The position numbers were made by a program, and so were the translations under genes. Source: Lingula anatina (lineage: Eukaryota > Animalia > Brachiopoda). From it: a DNA stretch of 64,000 nt. Of the stretch, positions 10,453 to 21,567 are shown piece by piece (the stretch's first letter is position 1; the number at the start of each line of letters is the position of its first letter). Location: assembly GCA_051362555.1 (NCBI GenBank), contig CM120642.1, positions 22,506,001 through 22,570,000 of the forward strand. Reading direction: 5' to 3'. The notes below the pieces were generated by a model. It ran no database searches and was not told the origin of the DNA. It saw only the letters and a list, made by a program, of their open reading frames with translations.

Positions 10453-13400
10453 ATGCAGTACAAAAGGGGTGATATTGTGATGTCTTCATATCCGTTTGTA
10501 CATGTTTTATCTCAGAATGAAAGGTACAAACGATGTGATCAATGTTTTGAAAGGTCAGTAATTTTTTGCCTGAATATTAGGCAAGTGTCAGTTTTAGGGA
10601 CCATTCACAGACCCTATCGTACTAACTGTGGATCAATCTATCTCCAAGGGGGTTCTCGCTAAATTACAATCAACAAAAGCGGCGTAGATGCCTGTCACGC
10701 CTACTGAAGCTGTTAGGGGGCAATCAATAATCTTTTAGCAGCTAGACATTGAAGCCGCTCAAGCTGAAAACTGCCTAATCTTTTAATAGTCTCTTCCACG
10801 CTCGGCTGTCACCTTTGTAGTGCCAGGGGCAGGTAGAACCGGCCGGGTAGCTCAGTAGGTAAGAGCACTCGCCCTGTAAGCGAGGGGTCCCGGGTTCGAT
10901 TCCTGGTCTGGTCGGTGATTTTTCTGCACTCACCCCAAATCGCTACAATGGTGGCAGCGGTGTTGCGAGAAAGGGCTCGCGTCTTTCGGCATTTGGGGGG
11001 GAGGAGTGTAGTGCCAGGGGCAGGTAGAACCGGCTGGGTAGCTCAGTAGGTAAGAGCACTCGCCCTGTAAGCGAGGGGTCCCGGGTTCGATTCCTGGTCT
11101 GGCTGGTGATTTTTCTGCACTCACCCCAAATCGCTACACCTTGATTGGATAGTAAACGATTGTCGTAAAATCGCTAAATGATATTAAAACCGGGTGCATA
11201 AACTTGAAAACCACCTAGGACAACCTTGGACTGCCACATTAATCCAATACAATGCAAAAATAAACTATAACAAGTGGTTAAAGCCTTCAAACCGAATGTC
11301 GTAAAGTCCCCATATACCTCCATAGAGACAATAAAATAGAAAGAGCTTGTGAAACAAGAAGCCACAATTTTAAACATAATAATCGAAATAAAATACTGCC
11401 GGGCATCGGAGCGGCCTAAAACTTGGCACGCTTACCGCAAATACTGCAGGCTACATCATCCCGTCGCTCGTATCGGTCCTCTCTACAATCCAATTCAGGA
11501 AATGACGTAACCGCAGAGGTCGCATTGTCCAATGGCATAGCTTATTTTTCGTAATGGTAGGTTAGAGAGGACCGATATAAACATCAGAGGTGGAATTTTG
11601 ATTTACGGTTTGATTGATGTACGGAATTAACAAACGAGCGACGGGATGATGTAGCCTGCAGTATTTGCGGTAAGCGTACCAAGTTTTAGGCCGCTCCGAT
11701 GCCCGGCAGTATTTTATTTCGATTATTATGTTTAAAATTGTGGCTTCTTGTTTCACAAGCTCTTTCTATTTTATTGTCTCTATGGAGGTATATGGGGACT
11801 TTACGACATTCGGTTTGAAGGTTTTAACCACTTGTTATAGTTTATTTTTGCATTGTATTGGATTAATGTGGCAGTCTAAGGTTGTTCTAGGTAGTTTTCA
11901 AGTTTATCAACCCGGTTTTAATATCATTTAGCGATTTTACGACAATCGTTTACTATCCAATCAAGGTGACAGCCGAGCGTGGTCTCTTCAGCTCTCACAC
12001 GCCTCCCCACGCCTCGTCCCTGCGGGGGTACAGTCATTATATCTCGGCTCCTTTCGCCATGCAGAAGCTACCTGTGAAATATTAAGTGCACATGCTCATC
12101 AATTAAACTTGAGGTGAAGAAAGCATGGCGGCTGGAGGCGATCGAAGAAAAAAAGCTCTTCTGTTCTATTATCTTTCAAAACAGAGACGGAAAAGGAATG
12201 AATTGGCCCGTAGAGCAGCAATGAATCGGCTATCTATGGAGATAATGTCACCAGAGATATTCACGGAGATACCCTACTCAATTACTGTACTTGAAATTTT
12301 ACTTTTGAGTACCAACGCAAATGAATGGCTTTTCACATCCATCTTATGCTGTTGTGAAAAATTATCGTCGGTCAATTTCTTTATTAGAAAGGGGGATGTT
12401 TTCATGATTAAGATCCCTATGAATTTGCGCACTTAATATTTCTCAGGTAGCTTCTGCATGGCGAATTGAGCCGAGATTTAATGACTGTACCCCCGCAGGG
12501 ACGACGCATGGGGAGGCGTGTAAGAGGCTGGGAGACTATAAAAAGATTAGGCGGATTTTCTTTCATGTACGTCCGCCATATTTAGTTCCTGGATTTGAAG
12601 AGACATGGCTCAACTCGTTGTGAATGCGGTATATGGTAAATTTATAATCACACCAAGGTTTATCTTAGATAGAATATTTTATGAATAAATTTACTAGTAC
12701 GTATGTTTTAACATATAATTAAAATTATATAAAGATTATTTTTTCATTCACAAACAGCTAGGCAAAATAATTACCAATTAGAGAAATGGTAATGCACCAA
12801 TTGTATTGTATGATAATTAATATATCATATTGTACAAGGTCATGACAATCTATGTACCAGTACAGAAATAAATAGAATTGTAATCTCTTAGAGCATAAAA
12901 GTTAGGAAGTTCCGTATGTTAGTCAGGTAATTTATACAATCATGGCTGCAGAAGTTTGCAAGGAACTACAGTTGCTGCAAATTTGGTGCAAATTCACAGG
13001 AAAATAAAAAATTTCATGAAAACTTGCAAAGGAGCTACGTAGTATTTACTTCTCTTTTTCATGGTCATATGAAGGTGGAATTTGCAGCAAATTTGCTGTG
13101 ACCTTAAAATATTTGGGGAAGGGCTTTGTCTCCAAACTGTTGGTCATAATATATATACAGTGTGGTTGACAAAAACATTAAAACATTCTCATATTGTTTG
13201 TGCTATATTTCTTGACACACAAATCTTCAATAAATTCTGGGTAACATACCAGTATGAATGTCAATTCCATGATTAAGAAAAATTGTTACTTGGTGGGGCA
13301 GGGGTTGGGGTATGTGTTGTATGTCTAGGGGGATGGAAAAAAGTCAATCAATTATTACAATTGGTGGAAAAAAATGTACTGTAACTACTAGTATATGGGT

Positions 13401-16400
13401 CTAAGAAATAAGTCAAGACTGAAAATTTTTGCCATCATTTCAATATATGCTGCATTGATAATGTTATTTGAATCTCCCATATCTATGCCATAATGACAAC
13501 CATTAATTAGTACTAATTGTGTAGCTGCTGAACTTGTCATTCAACAGGAACGTTTGATATAGCTTCATAGGGAAACACGTTGCATAAACATTTACATCTT
13601 AATTGTGTCAGGAAGGTAAAAGTAATTTTTGTTTCTCAGGTTGATCAAGAAATGTGCTCAAGGAGATGAAGTATTAGAACAATATATGGATACTCTGAGT
13701 AGAAGAAATACCATTATAGTTCCAATTAATATTGACAGATTTTTATTTTTGATAATGGTAAGCAGTTTCCACATTTTAGGTCAGAGGAAGCACTGAAAAG
13801 GTGTTCAGCCTGTGCAGTTGTCAGATACTGTAGCATCAGATGTCAGGTAAAAGAATTAAATTCAAGAGCAGTAAGTGTGTATGTATGTCTATGTGTAAAA
13901 TTATTTTGGTTTGTATCAGGCTTCATAAACGGATTAGGCATTTCCTAGCATGAGCCTCAGATTCCTGATTGCAAATGCCAATATTAACGAGCTCCACCTC
14001 AGATTAACAAGCACAACGTTAAGTTAACGAGCACTAACGCATATTGCTGCTGTATTAATACGCGGCATGGATATAGTGGAATATGCTAATGCAGTAGTTT
14101 GGTTTGTTTTGAGAATTTTTATATAATATGCGTTTATTTTGCTCAAGTTAAAATATCGATACATGGAAACATATTTTCTCGTCAAAATCTATTAGTAATG
14201 ATCTAGCCACTTTATTTGGCTGTGGCATGGACGTTAAAAATCCTTTCTCTTTCGTAGAAGAGACAGAAAGGGGAGCTAATATTACTCGTTTGCACCCATA
14301 AATCTCTGCAGGTTCCACCATTATATCTCTTGTATCTTCCGCTATCTTGAAAATAGTCCTGAGTTGATTAAAAAACCTGTATGTAAGCAGCCAGGGGCCC
14401 CAATGGAAGTGGGACAAATTGATAGTGCTTGGAATCGCTAAGTTTGTGCTTGGTAACTTTACGTTGTGCTTGTTAAACTGAGGTGGGGCTTGTTGATATT
14501 GGCATTGGCGCTAGGGAATCTGAGGCTTGTGCTCAGAAACAGCAATTATCGTTTATGAGGCCTGTTTATGCAGAGGCACATCATCTGTGTGTCATTGCTG
14601 CCATCGATGCCAAAGCTGTTGGTGTTTATCTTTAAAGGTGAAAGAATAAGTGGAAAACCATTTGACCTTTTGTTTGCAAACTAACAGAACTGATGAATAT
14701 AAGTAAAATACAGGTCAAGTTTAAAAATCAGCTTGATCAGACCATTTTTCCAAAAGTCATTCTTCTTAGACATATTTTAATAAAACAGTCTCATTGTTGA
14801 ACTAATTAGATTTGTGTAAGTGTTCCTTTGACATTATTTGCATCTTGGCAATTGTGTTAATTGATTATATTAAAATGGTGGTAAATCTGTTATTGTTTAT
14901 TGTGTAATCAAGTATCAAAAATGGTGATTAACTAATATGCATGTAGAGGCAATTTCAATCCTTCACTATGTTCAGAATCTCAGAATAGAGCAGGTTGGGC
15001 ATTTAAAACATTTTTATTGATGTTTTCCTCATCTCACCATTTTGTTAGTTGATCATATAAAATTAAAAATAAATGGGTTATTTTGTATTATGTAAAAAGT
15101 GTTGATAATGGAAATAAACTCATTTCAGTACAGTTATCTCTTGTTTACATTTTGGCATTTTTTAGGTGTGACTTTGAAGTTCCATAGACATGAAGACTTA
15201 TGCTAGTCACATAAATATCTAAATATCTGTGTTACGTGCAATGCATAATTAAAGATTGGTGGTGTTGGGCTGCTAAGCATAATGTAATATTGCATCAAAA
15301 TTGAAAAAAATCCTATTTTGGGCACTGCTTCTAGGTGACCATATAAGGAAAACCATGTCACTTACTATCCTCAAACTTAAAGAAAAGATACGTACAAGAT
15401 ACGTACAAGAAACTGTAGAACCAAAATACCAGTATAGCTTCATTTGGTTAACTTTTCTGGAAGTTATAGTTCTTTGTGAAATTTTAATTGTTCACAAATC
15501 GGTATTTTCTAGTTGTGACTTTGAACTTTCATAGGCTTGAGTACCTTTGCTAGTCTCATTTTCTGAATATCCATGATACTTATTTTTTATGTACAGACAC
15601 AGATGTGTCTGTACATATAGCCATCACCTGTGTCTGTTGTCGCCATCGCCGCAGTGATCGCTGTCGCCGTGCACTTTTACAGATAACACGTTAAGTGGAA
15701 AAACATTTTTTCTTTCAGCTTGAAACTTACAGAATTGATGAATATACATAATACATAGGTCAAGTTCGAAAATCAGCATGATCGGGCCATTTTTAGGGAA
15801 GTTATGCTGTTTTTTCACTTTTTTCAGCATATATGCAGCAACGATAACATGATAAGTGAAAACCATTTTACCTTTTGGCTTGAAACTTACAGAACTGATG
15901 AATATTCATAATCTGCAGGTCAAGTTCAAAAATCAGCATGATCAGGTCATTTTTAGGGAAGTTATGCTGTTTTTTCACTTTTTTCAGCATATATGCAGCA
16001 CCGATAACATGATAAGTGGAAAAGCATTTTACCTTTTGGCTTAAAACTTACAGAACTGGTGAATATTCATAATACGCAGGTCAAGTTCGAAAATCAACAT
16101 GATCAAGCAATTTTTATAAAAGTTATGCTCTTTTTTCAATTTTTCTGGCATTTACGTATGCAACACCAATAACACGTTAAGTGGAAAATGTTTTTCCTTT
16201 TGGATTGAAACTTACAGAACTGATGAATATCCATAATATGCAGGTCAAGTTCGTAATTCTGCATGATTGTGCCATTTTTATAAAAGTTTTGCTGTTTTTT
16301 CACTTTTTCCAGCATATATGCAACACCTGTTATACATTTAAAGGAAAATTGATTGGCAAATTGTCTTGAAATTCACAGGGGTGATCAATGTTACTAAAAC

Positions 16401-19400
16401 ACAGATTAAGTTTTGAAAATAAGCTTGATCAGTTAAAGTTTGGTGAAGTTATGCCTTTTTGGTGTTGAAAATGGAAATAAACTCTTTCAATACAGTTTTC
16501 TCTTGTTTATGTTTTGGGATTTTCAAAGTATGACTCTGAACTCTATGGGCTAGTCACATTTTCTGAATATCCATGATACTTTTATTTCATTATTAAAAAA
16601 GTTATGGTTATTATGCTGTTAAGCGTTGTGTAATATTGCATCAAAATTGAACAAAACCCTATTCTGGGCACTGCCTCTGTAGTGGCAATGAAAGGAAAAC
16701 CATGTCACTTGCTCTTCTCACACTTACAGGAAAGAAACATAGGACTGAAATACAGCTTCAGTTGAAAAATTGTCTCATTAGTTAATTGTTTGGAAGTAAT
16801 ACAGTTTTTTTTGTGAAAACTTTTATCTTTCACATGTTGCAATTTTCATGTGGGACTTAGAGCTCCCTTGGACATGAAGCCCAGTGGTAATCAAATTTTC
16901 TTAATGTCCATGTTTTTAATAGTAGATATTTTAAAATTGGTGGTATTTATACAGTTAATCATTATGTAATGTTGCATCAAAATTGACAAAAAACCTACTT
17001 TGTGCTCTGCCACCATTAATATTATGTAAAGTAAAGTGTTACTTTCTATTTTTTTAACTAGTCTTACAAGAATGATTCTTAGGATTGACATACAGCTCAT
17101 ATTAGAATTGGATTATCATTTTTATTAAATTTATGCATTTTTTATGAAATTTTCATTTTTCTCATTCTGGTACTTTCTAATTGTAAACTTGAACTCTGAT
17201 GGGCCTGAAGCCTTATGCTTTTACTTTCATCAGTGTTACCTGTTGTGCATAATTAAAATTTGATGTTCACTGTGCAGTTAAACATAATGTATTATTGCAT
17301 CAGAATTGGTAGTCTCCTGTTTTTGTGCATTATTGTTTTCTGCTTTTCTTAAGGTGTGACTTATGGGCCTGAAGACCTTTGATAGACAAATTTGTGTGGT
17401 CAGTCTATAAATTCCCCTTGGGTGTTCACTAGGCTAAGTTCAGTGCTATAAACTCATTTGCCTAATTAAGTGGCCATTAAATGAGATTTCATAAAGCACA
17501 CTTGTTGATATTTCCCTGTAAACTCCCAAAGGTTAAGCTCTCTGCTAGACAACATAGTGTCCATAATAAGGAAGCAGTGAATAGCAGCTTTTTAATTTTT
17601 TCTCCAACACTGGCATTTTCAAGATGTCACTTTCAACTCCCATCCACCTGAGGCTCTGCACATTTTCTGTATTTCCACACAAGCAGTTGTATTGGTATTT
17701 ATGTCTTTAAACACTATGTAATATTATTTTATGCACTGTCATCATTTTTCATATATTGGGACTTTCATCATGTGAATTTTAACTCTCATGGTCATGAAAC
17801 TGTAATCTTATTGAAGGGGTGGATTGAGACCATCTTCTGGGTCTCCTGGAAGACAGATTTTAAAGTTTATATTGATGGGTATCTATTTTTTTTCTGTTGG
17901 AAGACCATCATAATGGAGGATGGATCAACAAAGATACTTTGGAATACTGTCAGAAAATATCTCTGGATCTGCTCCTGTTATTGACCATGTTACCTGTTGT
18001 GCATGATTAAAAATCAGTGTTGACTGACTGTGCTATTATAAGCATTATTTATTATTGCATCAAAATTGACAAAATGACCTATTTTGCATCTTTTTTTTTC
18101 TGTTTTTTTTTGTCTGTACATTTGACAGCTTTGCTGCCTTGTTATGTTTAAAGGTTCATTTTTTCTTCTAATTTATATCATAATATAAAATTTGGATTCC
18201 CTGTTTTCCCAATTCTAGTTATGTGGTGATCAGTGACTCTGCCATTGAAATAAACTAGTTTTGAAATTCACTACCTAATTCAATAAGATTTTTACAACAT
18301 GTGATTATGTTTTTCACAGATGCTGTCATGTGTACAATTCCATGCTGTCAATTCTGTTTTCCTGCTTACTTTGAGTCCATGACACTTACCATTGTTTTGT
18401 AACAACAGTGTGTATCTCTGCACTTGGTTGGAGTTGTGGCCGTGGGGTTATTTTTTTGGATTAACATAGTGCATTGTTATCAATCACCTTACAACTGGAT
18501 CCTTTGTAAAATGTTTATGAGTTGATCAGTCAGAAGGAAAAGGTCATATATATATGTACTTTTATTTTAGCGCAATTCCTGGACACTCCACAAAAAAGAA
18601 TGTGTTTGTTTCAAAAGAATTGCACCAATGGTTCCCACTGATAGCACACTCTTGATGTTGAGGCTATTGCTGAGATTGGAGGTTTGTCACAGCGTAAAAA
18701 TTTCAATATTAGCTTTATTAAAAGGTGTATACGTTAAAAATTTTTACATTTTTCATTATATTGATATAGTCGGTTATGTTCAGATACAAGCAAGATATAT
18801 GCTTCATCTCCCCTATAATGTAGATGCATTACATACGCACTGTAAAATATAACTTGCCTCTGAAAGCTGTGAATTTTACTAGATTTTCTTTTCAGAAGAA
18901 TGACATTTCAATCACACCTCTGAGTAAAGAAGACCCACAGATTAGGACATTCAATGATTTAATGTCACGTAAGAACTACATACACTATTATTGCATATAG
19001 GTAATGATCATTTGTAATTTCATTGTTTCATTATATTTGATAAATTGACATTTAAAATGAAGCACCTTTATTTAAATGTTTCTACCAAAAGTACATAGTC
19101 ATATTTTTTAAGTCTTTGAAGTTTGTTTACAATGGTTTTGCCAAGGTATCTTTTAAGGACACTGCAGGTTTCTTTTGTTTAGACACAGAAGATATAAAAG
19201 GTGATCCAAAAAGGACTGAACAGTTTGTCAAGATGTGTGTGGCACTGCAGCAATTTGTTGGAGATCAGCTCAAAGTACCCACTACAGAGCTGCTGGAAAT
19301 TTTTGGGAAAGTGAGTTTAAAAGGATAATGGACAGAGTGAACTTCAGGCTTCCAATTTAGGGAAACATCACTCAGTCTGTATACTAGAGATATGTTTAAA

Positions 19401-21486
19401 TTGATTACAGCCCTATAAATACTATTATAATAATGACAATAGATTAGTAAAATAGTGCATTTTAAGGGTGCAAAAATAGACAGTAAACCTGTTTTAACAA
19501 CAAATAATTTTCCTTTTTACTATTTAACTTTATTTATAAAGAAGTAAAATAAAAAGCATAGATAAAAAAGTGGCCTCTAAAGTTTCCCAATTTTCCTATA
19601 AATAGCAATGATGGATGAAAAGTGTTGAAATGATAGTTTTGGCGATTTTTTGTTTTGTCCCTTTGTGCAAATTTTGGGTGTTATTTATTTGTTTATCATT
19701 GTCCATATAATCTCAATTTAGAGCATTTTTGCTGCGATGTGATTTTATGAGGCATATTGCAAATTCAATTTTATAGCCTTATAATTATCAGTAGCTTGGT
19801 GATAGGAAGTGTAGTTTAAATCCTTGTTGACATTTTGTCAGGTTTTAAAGCCAGATAACTTTGAAAACCATAACAGAGAGACCCACTGTTACCAATAAAA
19901 TTCAACTCATGTAAAATTCAAATCCAACCTTAAACTCTACACTAAACCTGTGTTTGAAGGTTAGATTGAAAACAGAATACAGACATTCTTTAAAAAGAGA
20001 GAGAATGATATATGAATCTACCATTTTAATTTCAGATGATTATCAACAGTTTTAGCATATGCAGTGGTGAAATGCAGCCTATAGGAGCTGGGGTTTATTT
20101 GAGGTAATTATGACACTCTTTTTCGTTTTTGCCACTTTGTCTTAAATTCCTTTTGGATCTTTCATAATTTGAAATTTTTGCTTTAAGAAAAAAATTATCT
20201 TTGTTCAATATCTGTTTCCTTTTCCTTGGTTTTTAAGAATGTTCTGGATCCTGTTGCACTAAACCATCAAGATCCGGCTCTGCTGGTACTGTTGTCATCC
20301 ATTCCTGCAGTTTTAAGTAGGTCACAAAATCTTGCTTACTATCGCAGGATTGTCAAGTGTGAGACAGGGCTCTGTCTATCATAATCTTTTAAGACATTAT
20401 TACAAAAACACACACTTTTAAGGAAAAAACCCTGGATTAACTCTGAATGCAGGAATGGAGTCATTAACCATTGGTTAGTAGGGTGAAATTGCCGTTTACC
20501 CCGGGAAAATTTATTTTTTGGCCAAAATGAACAGTTATTATTCCTTTAAGTATAATAGAAAAATGTGTTAATTATTTTGGTCAAACTTACAAAAGTTGAT
20601 TCTAAGATGCATCTTGAGTTAGAAAACCAGCCTGATTATGTTCTCTTTCTATAACCTAAGCAGTTTTTATGAGATGTTAATTTTTCACATATCAGGATTT
20701 GCACTGCTTGCATTTGAACTCTTAGGGCATATTCCCAGACATTTAGATCGATCTATCCCTGAGGGGAGTCTTCCTAGATTACTGTCAGATAATCCGGCTT
20801 AAATGTCCGTCCTGCCTACTACAAGCTATAAGGGGGTAATTAACTTTCGTGCCCGCTCGGCTGACAGCTATTTAGCGTGAACCCCCAGGGAGTTAGGTCT
20901 ATCTAGTTTGGATCAATCTAATCTCTGGGAAAGGGGTCTTATGGTGCTGAAGTCATATACCATATGCTTGTTACATATTATTTTGTGCATAATAAAAATT
21001 TGTTGTTGGTTTTGCTATTATGCATAATGTAATGTATCATGTAATCATCAAAATTGACAAAATAACCTTTTTAGTGCATTGTTAATTCCTGCTATTGGTC
21101 TGTACATTTGACATCTTTGCTGCCTTGTAACAAGATTGTAATTCCTCTCTTGTTGACAGAAAAAAGTTATTAAATCTGATTTTTTTCTTGTCATCTGAAC
21201 CACTGTCCTCCACTGTGTAAAAAGTAGTTATGATATATTATATGCATATTTCCTTTTCTCCTGCAGTCCGTCCATCTTGGATCATAGCTGCTGTCCTAAT
21301 GCAACCACTGTCTTTGATGGCAACAAGTTGTATGTGAGAGCTGTGGAAGACATTGGGGATATATCGGAAGTAAATATTTGCATTAACTCTGAGAAATAGC
21401 ATAACAAATGGAAATATTAAAATAACTTTTCTTGGAAAAAAGTATATAACTTGAAGTATGCTAATGTATGTATGCATACTTGTCCT

Positions 21487-21567
<81 letters not shown>

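Larger units (their letters stand above)
10797..11981. mobile_element. Long-TIR foldback DNA transposon (hAT/P-like ends), non-autonomous
   Basis: Termini CACGCTCGGCTGTCACC...GGTGACAGCCGAGCGTG. ~350-bp inverted arms (left arm 10797-11470, interrupted by the TRIM; right arm ~11635-11981). 8-bp TSD GTCTCTTC at 10789-10796 and 11982-11989. Confidence 0.85.
10770..12630. mobile_element. PIF/Harbinger-like non-autonomous element (family A), host of the foldback element
   Basis: Arms CCTAATCTTTTAATAGTCTC...CCCTGCGGGGGTACAG and their reverse complement at 12430-12630. Same family as 24115-24660, 28451-29447 and 39330-39630. Internal short ORF MAAGGDRRKKALLFYYLSKQRRKR resembles a Harbinger transposase N-terminus (inference). 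The left end is truncated. Confidence 0.65.

Noticed and set aside
10841-11104. Tandem pair of genuine tRNA-Thr genes
   Set aside because: Both lie inside TG...CA LTRs with PBS, PPT and TSD. Position 33 is C and the acceptor stem is G-U rich, so they are retrotransposon parts.
11174-11931. Two near-identical 67-aa ORFs on opposite strands
   Set aside because: They are mirror images created by the foldback element's inverted arms, with no protein-like features.
15690-16460. CRISPR-like array or coding repeat
   Set aside because: Whole units are similar with no unique spacers, and the context is a eukaryotic intron. The short ORFs are by-products of the repeat.
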